Shown here piece after piece: positions 52,394-64,000 of a stretch of 64,000 nucleotides of DNA. The DNA is from Mobula hypostoma (lineage: Eukaryota). The DNA is taken from positions 108,440,001-108,504,000 of the forward strand of contig NC_086097.1 of the NCBI RefSeq assembly GCF_963921235.1, in the 5' to 3' direction. The position numbers and the translations under genes were made by a program. Every line of letters begins with the position of its first letter. Position 1 is the stretch's first letter. Below the pieces are notes generated by a model, which was not told the origin of the DNA, did no database searches, and saw only the letters and a list, made by a program, of their open reading frames with translations.

Positions 52394-52902
52394 TATTTTT
52401 AAAAAGTTTCATTAGATTTATCCCTGGAAAGGGAGAGCCTCTCAAGTGAGGAGGGAATAAAAATCAGACCCTGTACCCTTCGAGGGAAAGGTGAAATAAA
52501 AAATAAAATCCTTAAGTGGCTTGACAGGGTGTCCAGGACCAGGGCCCGAATGCCCTGCCTCAGATTCAGCGGTGCCTATTGATGGACATTTTTGTATTCC
52601 CTTGCAAAGTTCAAAAGAGGAATGCACAAGCAGTAACATAATCCACTGATGTTGAAATTGGGACAGCCGTGAATAATTCTATAAAGTGCTGAGTTGAATT
52701 TGCAGATCAACATTAAACAATGTAGAAGTGGTCTTTGATTTCACCTGACTTCCAATGAAGTCAATTTTTAATTGTGCACCAATTTCCAGATCAATGCATA
52801 TGTGGACATATTGGCAGATGAAAGCCGTAGAACTGGAAAATTATGACACAGAATGTCATTGTTGATTAACTGGGCTCTGAAAACTTACAGTAATTCCTCA
52901 GT

Positions 52903-53037
52903 TATGCACAAAGGAAGATCTGCAGATGCTGGAAGTCCAAGCAGCACACACGAAATTCTGGAGGAACTCAGCAGACCAGGCAGCATCTATGGAAAAGAGT
53001 ACAGTTGACGTTTCAGGCCGAGACCCTTCCTCAGACC
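52903..53037 (-). mobile_element. Short Penelope terminal-repeat fragment ending at the hammerhead
   Basis: tctgcagatgctgg..cagttgacgtttcaggccgagacccttcctcag; no clear TSD. Confidence 0.75.
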
Positions 53038-53171
53038 TGCTGAAATAGAAACAGTTGAGTCCCTTCATTATGGTCATGGTTCATAAGTTATCTCAGTTCC
53101 ACCTTGCTATACTAACCCCATAACCCTGGATTCCTTGGATAACCAAAAGTTTAGTAAAGCTGTTTTAACTA

Positions 53172-54198
53172 TATACCGAGTGGCCACTTTATTAGGTACC
53201 TCCTGTACCTGATTAAAGTGGCCACTGAGTGAACATTTGTGGTCTTCTGCTGCTGTAGCCCATCCACCTCAAGGTTTGATTTGTTGTGCAGTCAGAGCTG
53301 TGCTTCTGCACACCGCTGTTGTAATGTGTTCTCTTGCCTTTCTGGTTTTGAGTTCTATCCTCTCCTATCAGCTTGAAAAGAAATAAAAATAATAAATAAG
53401 CAATAAATATCGAGAACATGAAATGAAGAGTCCTTGAAAGTGATTCTGTAGATTTTAGGAACAGTTCAGTGGTGGACCAAGTGGACTTGAGTGAAGTTAT
53501 CCCCACTGGTTCAAGAGCTTGATGACTGAGGGATAATAACTGTTCCTGAATTTGGTGGTGAGAGTCCTGAAACCCCTGTACCACCTTCCTGATGGCAGCA
53601 GAGAAAAGAGAGCATGCTGCTTTCCTGTGACAGCACTCCATATAGATGTGCTCAGTGACGGGGAGGGCTTTGCACATGATCGGCTGGGCCATATCCACTG
53701 CTTTTTATGAGACTTTCCATTCAAGGGCATTGGCATTTCCATACCAGGCTGTGGTGCAACCAGTCTGTAAACTGTAAACTCCACTGTACATGTTTTAGAT
53801 GCCATGCCAAATCTTTGCAAATTTCTAAGGATATAGAGGCGCTGTCATGCTTTCTTTGTAATTGCACTTATATGCTGGGCCCAGCACAGGTCCACCAAAA
53901 TGATAACAACAAGGAATTTAAAGTTGCTGATCCTCTCCACGTCTGAGGACATAGCTCATGGACCTCTGCTTTCCTCCTCCTGAAGTCAGCTCCTTGGTCT
54001 TGCTGACATTAAGTGAGAGGTCATGGTTATGGCACCACTCAGCCAGATTTTCAATCTCCCTCCAATATGCAGGTTCATCACCACCTTTGATTCAGCCAAC
54101 GACAGTGCTGATGGAGATTGTGGAGGATTATGCACTGAGTTGCTACTACATGATTGGCTGATTAGATATTTGCATTAATGAACAGTTGTACTGAGTGT
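53172..54198. mobile_element. Tc1-like non-autonomous element interrupted by a Rex1/Babar fragment (about 53378-54110, minus)
   Basis: gagtggccactttattaggtac end motif. Internal similarity to 55701-55761 and 58570-58768. LLPSGRWYRGFRTLTTKFRNSYYPS. Confidence 0.7.
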
Positions 54199-55463
54199 TC
54201 ATATTATGGATAGAGAATGCAAAGATAACTTCTGTTTGGCTGGAAAAAAATATTTTATCTCTGACCTCATGGCTGAGCCCTCATTATTTTAACTGGGTTA
54301 ATAAGGCTTTACTAGGTGTTGGTAGATAAGTTATTTGTACAGATTTCGTCCTCTTCCCGCCTTCCCCAAGTATATCAGTCCTTTGGTGAGGCCCTCTCTG
54401 ATCTATTCAGTGGCCCAAATGGAGGTCTTGATCTTAGCTATTTTGAGGTTTGAATCTTCAGTATTTCCATCTACTGCCAATCTTTTCACCCTGCCCGACA
54501 TAGCTACTTATTAGACCCCGTCACTGATACTTCCAGGCAACTCCCACCCCATCTAAAATTGATCCACACTGCATCCTGCATTCATAGACCTTTCTTTATA
54601 TCTCCAGCCTACACCTGTACCAGCCCCACGTGGTACAGATATGCAATGTGCAGCTGAGAATTCAGTGCAATGAAAATGTGTAATAGAGGAGGAAAAAGTA
54701 ATACGGTAACTTCCCTCTTACTGGAGTACACTGGAAATTGTAGGTAGTTCTACTCCCAACTCCCGTTTGCCAGTTGAAGTTTATTTATTTAATTTATTTA
54801 GAGGTCTGGTGAGGAACAGCTCCTTCCAGCCCAATCAACCACTCCGCCAAGCCACCCTCAATTTAACCCTCGCCTAATCACGGGATAATTTACAAGGACC
54901 AACTAATCTGCTAACCAGTACGCCTTTGGACTGTAGGAGAAAACTGGAGCACACGAAGGAAGCCCATAGGGAGAACATACCAACTCCTTACAGATGGCGC
55001 CGGAACTGATCTCAGAACTCCGGATTGCCAAGAGCTGCAATAACATTGCACTAACCATTATTCTACCGTGCAGTTGGCCTCACTATCTTCTCTGTAGCCC
55101 AATTTTAGTACTCATTTTGCAAAATGGAAACGTCTCTAGCCCTTTAATTTATGACATTTAGTTCCTTAAAATAGAAACAAGAGGGTGATTTTGAAAGCAT
55201 TTCTGCCATTACTAAAACCTGTTCATGTATTGCCATAACTCTGCTTCTTTAGACATTGCATTTGCAGATTTTGTGTTTAAGGCCTTTGAGTATAATGTTT
55301 TATTCTTTGCTAGCCTGGTCATTCAGGAGAAAATTGAATTCCTTATGCTTTCCCAGTAATTCAGTTGGATGCACCAAGATGTGATTCACAAATGCTCACA
55401 TATATTTAATCTGGCATTTCAGTTTGTTCTAATTTTGTGCAGAAGAAGAACAGAAAAACTGTT

Positions 55464-55669
55464 AACACAAAATAATCTGCAGATGCTGGGGTCAAAGCAG
55501 CACTCACAACACGCTGGAGGAACTCAGCAGGTCGGGCAGCATCCATGGAAAAGATCGGTTGACGTTTCAGCCAGAACCATTCGTCCTGACGAAGGGTTCC
55601 GGCCCGAAACGTTGACCGATCTTTTCCACGGATGCTGCCCGACCTGCTGAGTTCCTCCAGCGTGTTGTG
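55464..55669. mobile_element. Fold-back Penelope terminal-repeat mini-insertion (distinct subfamily)
   Basis: Inverted arms of about 70 bp. 14-bp TSD with one mismatch, acag(a/g)aaaactgtt, at 55450-55463 and 55670-55683. Confidence 0.9.
55583..55616 (+). ncRNA. Minimal hammerhead ribozyme motif, intact core, on the OXR1 sense strand
   Basis: GUC-CUGACGA-AGGG(UUCCGG)CCC-GAAAC-GUU^-GAC. Confidence 0.72.
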
Positions 55670-55949
55670 ACAGGAAAACTGTTGATTTATACTTTCAGGA
55701 TACACATTCTGGCCGCTGAGCCGATGTTCATGGGCTTTCGCTGCTGTAGTCCACCTACTTCATAGAAACCATAGAAACCATAGAAAAACTACAACACAGA
55801 AACAGGCCTTTTGGCCCTTCTTGGCTGTGCCGAACCATTTTTTGCCTGGTCCCACTGACCTGCACACGGACCATATCCTTCCATACACCTCCCATCCATG
55901 TATCTGTCCAATTTATTCTTAAATGTTAAAAAAGAACCTGCATTTACCA

Positions 55950-56071
55950 ACACACATCAAAGTTGCTGGTGAACGCAGCAGGCCAGGCAGCATCTCTAGG
56001 AAGAGGTACAGTCGACGTTTCAGGCCGAGACCCTTCGTCAGGAAGGCGACCTAATTATTTAACATCTCTCA
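55950..56071 (-). mobile_element. Short Penelope terminal-repeat insertion with intact hammerhead core plus about 27 nt of foreign filler
   Basis: 12-bp TSD ctgcatttacca at 55938-55949 and 56072-56083; core at 56011-56044. Confidence 0.88.
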
Positions 56072-57596
56072 CTGCATTTACCACCTTGTCTGGCAGCTCA
56101 TTCCACATTCCCACCACTCTCTGTGTGAAGAAGCCCTCCCTAATGTTCCCTTTAAACTTTTCCCCCTTCACCATTAACCCATGTCCTCTGGTTTTCTTCT
56201 CCCCTTGCCTCAGTGGAAAAAGCCTGCTTGCATTCACTCTATCTATACCCATCATAATTTTATATACCTCTATCAAATCTCCCCTCATTCTTCTACGCTC
56301 CAGGGAATAAAGTCCTAACCTATTCAACCTTTCTCTGTAACTGAGTTTCTCAAGTCCTGGCAACATCCTTGTAAACCTTCTCTGCCCTCTTTCAACCTTA
56401 TTTATATCCTTCCTATAATTTGGTGACCAAAACTGAACACAATACTCCAGATTCGGCCTCACCAATGCCTTATACAACCTCCTCATAACATTCCAGCTCT
56501 TATACTCAATACTTTGATTAATAAAGGCCAATGTACCAAAAGCTCTCTTTACGACCCTATCTACCTGTGACGCCACTTTTAGGGAATTTTGTATCTGTAT
56601 TCCCAGATCCCTCTGTTCTACTGCACTCCTCAGTGCCTTACCATTAACCCTGTATGTTCTACATTGGTTTGTCCTTCCAACGTGCAATACCTCACACTTG
56701 TCTGTATTAAACTCCATCTTCCATTTTTCAGCCCATTTTTCCAGCTGGTCCAAATCCCTCTGCAAGCTTTGAAAACCTTCCTCACTGTCCACTACACCTC
56801 CAATCTTTGTATCATCAGCAAATTTGCTGATCCAATTTACCACATTATCATCCAGATCATTGATATAGATGACAAATAACAATGGACCCAGCACTGATCC
56901 CTGTAGCACACCACTAGTCACAGGCCTCCACTCTGAGAAGCAATCCTCTACTACCACTCTTTGGCTTCTTCCATTGAGCCGATGTCTAATCCAATTTACC
57001 ACCTCTCCATGTATACCTAGCGACTGAATTTTCCTAACTAACCTCCCATGCGGGACCTTGTCAAAGGCCTTACTGAAGTCCATGTAGACAACATCCACTG
57101 CCTTCCCTTCATCCACTTTCCAGGTATCCTCCTCGAAAAACTCCAATGGATTGGTCGAACATGACCTACCACGCACAAAACCATGTTGACTCTTCCCTAA
57201 TAAGTCCCTGACTATCCAAATGCTTGTAGATTCTGTCTCTTAGTACTCCCTCCAATAACTTACCCACTACCGACATCAAAGTTACAGGCCTATAATTTCC
57301 CGGATTACTTTTCGATCCTTTTTTGAACAACGGAACAACATGAGCCATTCTCTAATCCTCCGGCAACTCACCTGTAGACACCGACATTTTAAGTATATCT
57401 GCAAGGGCCCTGCAATTTCAACACTAGTCTCCTTCAAGGTCCGAGGGAATACCCTGTCAGGTCCTGGGGATTTATCCACTTTAATTTGCCTCAAGATAGC
57501 AAGCACCTCCTCCTTTTCAATCCGTACAGTTTCCATGATCTCACTACCTGTTTCCTTTAATTCCACAGACTTCATGCCAGTTTCCTTAGTAAATAC

Positions 57597-58470
57597 TGTG
57601 ACAAGAATACACATAGATTAAGATGTTAGCTGTCCTGTGTGATCAGCAGTTGGTCTGCCACCTGTCTTCAGGAGAGAGAGAGATAAGGAAAACAATGGAG
57701 CAGCATTTGGAGATGTGTAATGAAGGGACAGGAGAGAGAGTAACAGAAGGAGGGAGCTGTCAAGAGCGGCTCCCTCTTTGAACCCTGAACTGTTTGAAGT
57801 GATGGACAGGTGATACCCCAGCAGGGGGATAAAAACAGACAGGTTCGCTAAGGCAGGACACACACGACACCCGAGGTAATGAGACCTTGGAAGCGGTACG
57901 CCTCTCACAAGTCGGTGGGAAGCTTTTGGACGGCTGATCGCGGGATCAAGCCATAGACGCTCAGGGTGGAAAGGCCCGATCAGCGGGAACCTGGTGTGTG
58001 TCCACCCTTGCCTGGGTGCCAGGTTCAGCGCAGGGAAACGATCGTATCTGGAAACGAAGGGGTCACGGGCGGTGACCTCAGATGACATCACTAAGGAGTC
58101 GCCCGACAGCTGACTGCGAAGGTCTGTGTGCGGAAGCTGTGTTGAATATTGATTCGTTTTTGCTCTCTCTCTCCTTCCCCCACACTGTCCATCTCCCACT
58201 GCAGCGATTACTGCGAACTGAACTGAACTTTGCGACACTTTGAAACTGGTCATTTGCCCCTAGACAACGATAGAGCTTGATTGATCCTGTTATCTGAATT
58301 CTGTGTACATGTATGTTTATCATTGCTGAACTGTTGCATTCATTATCCTTTTGATTGGAGTACTGTGTTGCTTGTTTCTTTAATAAAACTTTCTTAGTTC
58401 TAGTAATCCAGACTCCAACTGAGTGATCCATTTCTGCTGGTTTGGCAACCCAGTTACGGGGTACATAACA
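57597..58470 (+). mobile_element. Solo LTR (874 bp) inside the CR1
   Basis: TG..CA termini. TSD atac at 57593-57596 and 58471-58474. AATAAA at 58382. Confidence 0.88.
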
Positions 58471-59822
58471 ATACAGACACAAAAAACCCATTTAAGATCT
58501 CCCCCATTTCTTTTGATTCCGCACATAGCTGACCACTCTGATCTTCAAGGGGACCAATTTTATCCCTTAGGTTCGATAGGTTGTGCGTTTCTTAAAGCCA
58601 CTTAGATCACATTTCTTCCTCAGTCTGATGTTTGGTCTGACCAATAACTGAACTTCCTGACCATGTTTGCATGCTTTTACGTATTGAGTTGCTGCCACGT
58701 GATTGGCTGATTAGATATTTGCATTAGTAAGCGGGTGTACAGATGTACCTAATTAAGTGGCCACTGAGTATGTGTGAGTAGATATCCAAGACTGACTGTA
58801 ACCATAATGTTTGACATTAATACTGTAAGTTTGTTCACATATGTGAGGTGGTCATTCAAGGGAGTTGACTGTAAGGGCGAGCCATTTGATGTGATCTAAA
58901 CAATGAGGAATTATTGTTTTCTAAAATGATTAAGGAATTTGAATTTGACAGAATAAACAGAGAGAAACCAGTTCCCCGGTGAGGAATCCAGAACAGCAAG
59001 GCTGTGTTGAAATTTGAGCAGGGCCTTTAGAAATGAATCTTTTTTGATGGGCAGATAATGGAAATACAGAATTCTGCTGTCAATCATTGATGAAAACATT
59101 ACTCTTTTTGAGGATCAAGTAGTTAAATTCTCAAAAGTATAATACATGATAGATGTTGGAATAGTCCAGTGGCTCTGATCACCCATCTCTTTCTAAAAAT
59201 ACACAGTAAAAATCAAATGTGACTTTCCACAAGGTCACTCAGTGAGGCAATTGATTAGAAAGCAGAATATGCAGTTTTTACCAGCTTTATGTTGAGATTT
59301 ATCTTGTTTTATTACCTCTTTGATACTTCTTGTATGGAGAAAAGATATTTACATACCTGTAGCCTGTGACATTTCTGTTGCCATTATACAGTACTGTCTT
59401 CCACCCTGCCCAGGCTTTGTCAGGCTAAATCTTGCTAATAGAGAATTCCTGAGTGTTGATTAAACATAAGTTCTGTGTGTTTGCTTCATACTTTGTGACC
59501 GTTAGTGTTCCATTGTGACAAAAAAATCTCAAGCATACTTCTGCTTCCCTCTGAGTTAATTTTACAAGCTCTAGGAACTCAATAAAAATATAAAGGCAAC
59601 CTCAGCTTATTACTTTAATACATTATCCCCTACAGAAATAAACGAGATATTGAGGAAATAAAATTTGTTTTCTTTTTTAATTTATTTCCCAGGATAGTTT
59701 TGTACTTCACTTGTAATGCATGGTGACGGAATTTTATAAGTATATGGTTGTGACTTGATTGCTGTTGGCATTTGTGAGTCTCATTTTTGATCAGGCTGAA
59801 GGTGATGAGATAGGACTAAGAG

Positions 59823-59902
59823 AAAGGGTTCCCAACCTTTTTTATGCCATGGACTAAAACTATTAAGCAAGGGGTCTATGGACCCCAGGTTGGGACCCCC
59901 TA
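59823..59902. mobile_element. 80-bp Charlie-like hAT mini-MITE
   Basis: gggttcccaacc / ggttgggacccc; TSD actaagag/acttagag. Confidence 0.75.
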
Positions 59903-60139
59903 ACTTAGAGGTTCATAAGTTACTGATCAACAATGGCATTTGCAGTGTGTGTGGGGGTACGGGGGCGGAATACCTTTGTGGTTATGGGTATAGGTCTTAA
60001 ATTGACTTGCCTGAAGCCTAAACTGAAATTTTAGTTTGGATATGGTATTTCAGTGGTATTTTTAAGATGACTGATTTTATTTGATTCAACCAGAATATCC
60101 CTCTCTTAATTTTTAGGTCTGGGCCAAGCATATCATATT

Positions 60140-60640
60140 TTAGAGTCATTATGTCGTAGAAAAGTACAACAAAGAAACAGACCCTCCTGTCCGTTTAGCC
60201 CTTTTAATCTGCCTAGTCCCATCGACCATAGCCCTCTATACCCCCTGCTATCCAAGTATCTATCCAAACTTTTCTTAAACATTGAAATCGAGCTCACATG
60301 CACCAATTGGGCTGCCAGCTCGTTCCACACTGTCATGACCTACTGAGTGAAGAAGTTTCTCTTCATGTTCCCCTTAAATTTTTCACCTTTCACCCTTAAC
60401 TCATGACCTCTAATTGTAGTCCTATCCAACCTCAATTTACTGTCTCCTCATAATTTTGTATACCTCTATCAAATCTCCCCTCAATCTTCTCTGTTCCATG
60501 GAATAAAGTCCCAACCTATTCACTCTTTCCCTATAACTCAGGTCATCCAGACCTGGCAACATCCTTGTAAAATTTCTCTGAATTCTTTCAACCTTATTTA
60601 CATCTTTCCTGTCGGTAGGTGACCAAAACTGCACACCTTG
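60140..60640 (-). mobile_element. CR1 LINE 3' fragment
   Basis: VQFWSP..ERIQRNFTRMLPGL..RRLRGDLIEVYKI. Confidence 0.88.
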
Positions 60641-61969
60641 TTTTGAGCAGAGATCTGATTTTGCAGGTTCCACTGTTAATCTAATTGTGTGCCTTACATT
60701 CCCTTTTATCAATCACAACCTGGGAAATGAATGCTGGTTAGGTGATCAAGTGGCAGACAGAAAGGCCTTCTAATTTCTGACTTATCTGGGGACCCATCTG
60801 AGATTACCACCTTGTTTTGTGTCTAAATCTTGTTCATTTATCTGCTTAAGCCTCCACCCCACCTCACCACACCACAGTACCAATGCAGACAAATATATTT
60901 GCTTAAAGGTTTTGTTTTGCTTTAGGCTATTAGAAATATTCTTTTCTCCGTGCATGACAGAATTTTAGACATTGTCTCTGAGATAATGTAGCTTGACAAC
61001 AACTTCTGCGACTCTAATGCAGTTACTGTCATGCAAGATGACCTTATTCTGCAGATGTTGCTCCTTTTCTGCAAATAAGGGAGATGTATTCCCAGATGCC
61101 TTCCCTTTCTTCACAAATGCATTCAATTCTCTTATTCAGGTCCTCCCCCTAATTTGCTCTATGGTCAGCTTTGAACTAGGCAGCACATTCTTTGAATGCA
61201 GAAGCGTGCAATAGCGTGTCTCTTGGAGTTGCACACTGATGTGATTACAAATTACCTTGGTATCCCAACTTGAATGTAACTGGAAGTTGCGCACACAGAT
61301 CTTTAATTTTCAGCCTCTATGCCTCCTTAGCAAGTGTTTTTTTTAATGTCCTGGATTTCTAGAAAGATGCATTTGTATATTTGAACCATACACTTTAAAC
61401 TGACCATTATGGGAGATAGTAAGATCATATTAGTTAATCTGTCTATAATAGTTATGGTTTTCCCCCTTTTAATTTCAAAAATTATTAGCAGAATACTGAG
61501 TCACAGATTATAGAGCAGACAATAGGCACTGTCGGTCAAATGTACCTGTGACAGTTTTTTGGAAGCTGTATACGTATTGATATTGCACATTCTTTCTTTA
61601 TAGCAAGGTAAGTGTTTCCAGCTCACTTTTATTCATCAACTCCTTTCTGGTATATTCTATATAAACTTTTCTGATATATTTAAAATCATAATACCTGCTT
61701 CATGGAAAGAAATTCTTCTGGTCTTGCCTCTGCTTTTTCAACTGATTGTCAACAGTCCTTGAAGTGAAAACACCTTCTCCATATTTACTCTTAATTTTTG
61801 CATGATTGTGAACACGAACAAAAGAAGAGATCAGTAGGTCATTGACCCCCTTGACTAATCTGTCATTCAATCTCATGGCTGCACCTCTACCTCTGGACCA
61901 TTGTCCTATTGGTTTCTCATTTCCCTTGGTTCCTCTCCTAAAGTAGAACTTGATGATCTCAGACTGAGG

Positions 61970-63600
61970 TAGAGTCATGGAGGGTACGGAGTTATACAGT
62001 GTGGAAGCAGCCTCTTTAGTCCACCTTGTCCATGTTAACTGAAGTGCTTATCTGAGCTACTCCTGTTTTTGCTTGTGTTTTCCTCGCCCGCACCCACAGC
62101 GATCACTCCCTCTGCGATTCCCTTGTCCATTCGTCCCTCCCCACTAATCTCCCTCCCTGTACTTATCTCTGCAGGAGGTCTAACTGCTACACCTGCCCAT
62201 TCACCTCCTCCCTCTCTTCCATTCAGGGCCCAGGGCCCCAATCAGTCTTTCCAGGAGAAGTAACACCTCGCCAGTGAATCTGCTGAGGTTGTCTACCGTG
62301 TCCCGTGCTTCCGATGTGGCCAGTGAGACCCATCATAAATTAGGGAACCGCTTTGTTGAACACCTCTGCACCATCTGCGGTAAACGGGACTTCCCGGAGA
62401 TCAAACATTTTAATTCCAATTCCCATTCCTGTTCCGATGTGTTCATCTATGGCCCCCTCTTGTCCCAAGATGAGGCCACCCTCAGAGTGGTGGAGCAGCA
62501 CTTTATATTCTGTCTGGGTAGCCTTCAACCTGATGGCATGAACATCGATTTCTTCTGGTAAACAAATTCTACCCCGCTCCTCTATTCCCCACTCTGATCT
62601 GTCAGTTCTCATCTGCCTATTATTTCCCCCTGTGTTCCTTCCTCCTTCCCTTTCTCCTATGGTCCACTTTCCTCTCCTATCAGATTCCTTCTTGTCCAGC
62701 CCTTCACCTTTCTCACCACCTGGCTTCACCGAGCACCTGCCAGCTAGTCTCCTTCCCCTCTCCCCACTTTTTTATTCTGGCATCAACCCCCTTCCTTCTC
62801 AGTCCTGATGAAGGGTCTGGGCCCAAAATGTGTCTATTCATTTCCATAGGTGCTGCCTGACCTGCTGAGTTCCTCCAGCATTTTGTATGTTTTGCTTTGG
62901 ATTTCCAGCATCTGCAGACATACTGGTGTTTCTGATTAGCTAGTCCTGTTTGCCTACATTTGGTCCGTATCCCTCAAAACCCTTCCTATGGATATACCAG
63001 TCCAAATGTGTTTTAAAGTTTGTAATTGTACCAGCCTCTGCCACTTCCTCTGGAAGCTAGTTCCATACAACACCTTTCTGTGTGTGAAAAATCTGCCCCA
63101 CAAGTCCCCTTTAAATTCTTACTCCTGTCACATTAAACCTATACCCCTGGTTTTAGACTCCCCGGCCTTGAGGAAAAGGCTGTGACCTTCCACCTGATAT
63201 ATACCCCTCTTGATTTTATAACCCTCTATCAGGTCGCACGCCCCCCCCCCCCCCGGCAGCTTCCTTGACTCCAGAGAAAACAGTTCCAGTCTATTCAGTT
63301 TTTCTTTATAACTCAAGCCCTGGTGCCAGCAACATCCTTATGAATCTCTTCTGGACCCTCTCTAGCTTTATCACGTCCTTCCTACAGTTTGGTGACCACA
63401 ACGTCATGCAGTACTTAAAGTGTGGTCTCACTAATGTCTTAACGCAGTTGTAATATGCAATATGACAATTCAACCCTTGTATTCAATGCTCCAAGCAATG
63501 AAGGCAGGTACATCATACGCCGTATCACCTTGTCTATCTGTGTTGCCACTTTCAGGGAACTATGTACTTGCACCCCAAGGTGACTTTGTTCCACAGAGCC
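61970..63600 (-). mobile_element. CR1 LINE 3' fragment interrupted by a Penelope element
   Basis: SYKEKLNRLELFSLE..DLIEGYKI; the tail continues across the insertion. Confidence 0.8.
62069..62937 (+). mobile_element. Older Neptune-type Penelope 3' fragment (GIY-YIG plus terminal repeat, decayed hammerhead near 62801)
   Basis: KLGNRFVEHL..HFNS..EQHFIFCLGSLQPDGMNIDF. TSD agcta(c/g)tcctgttt at 62055-62068 and 62938-62951. Confidence 0.85.
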
Positions 63601-64000
63601 ATGCCATTCTCTGTGTATTAACTTCCCTGTGTATCCAACGATATAAAAACCATAATTCTATAGACTAAAAAGACACACCAGATAATTGGAGACGAACAAG
63701 TCATCAGTTGCAGAAATTGAAACTGGAGGAATGGATTCCAGTTCACCCCGTGTTTCTTCCAAATTTGTTGATGTTCTTTGTCACATTCCGAATAAGCCTG
63801 AACTGCTCTCTATACTTATACCCTTTTCCACCACTTGGATTTCACATGCATATATTTTCATAGATATTCTTTTTACACACAAAGTCTAAAAGCATCTTGG
63901 AGACATAGTTCCACAGTTAATGTTGTAAAGCTAACTTCCTTGAGTACATAAAACTCCCAACTATAAACACATCAGTTATTGATATGCTAAGTCATTTGCT

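Larger units (their letters stand above)
55762..58569 (-). mobile_element. Relatively young 5'-truncated CR1 LINE inserted in a Tc1-like element (55701-58768)
   Basis: 373-aa open RT/C-terminal stretch (YMDFSKAFDKVPH, QGSVLGP, KFADDTK). (catagaaac)n tail. Host sequence cttca|aggtt rejoins across it. Confidence 0.93.

Noticed and set aside
60993..61214. Unique-looking 73-aa ORF (likewise 63686-63889)
   Set aside because: No recognisable motif or splice support
1..64000. CRISPR array, operon or other prokaryotic system
   Set aside because: No regularly spaced repeats with unique spacers; content is eukaryotic intron and transposon DNA

Overview
AT-rich vertebrate genomic DNA. The repeat inventory (CR1/HER1-type LINEs, HE1/V-SINE-like SINEs, Neptune-type Penelope elements) suggests a cartilaginous fish, probably a ray; this is inference. 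The window lies almost entirely within introns of an OXR1-family gene on the + strand. One clear 153-nt coding exon is present (47392-47544), plus a candidate 36-nt cassette exon just upstream. The rest is densely nested transposon sequence: a 5'-truncated L1, many CR1 and Rex1/Babar fragments, one near-intact CsRn1/Kabuki-type Gypsy provirus, three solo LTRs, and hAT (Charlie-, Blackjack-like), Tigger and Tc1-like elements, several of them mutually chimeric. The most striking system is a family of Penelope-like elements whose terminal repeat carries a minimal hammerhead-ribozyme motif. It recurs about 10 times, often as tiny fold-back insertions with 12-16 bp target-site duplications (TSDs) and breakpoints clustered at the ribozyme. 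Family names come from remembered motifs, not database searches. Boundaries without a stated TSD are approximate.
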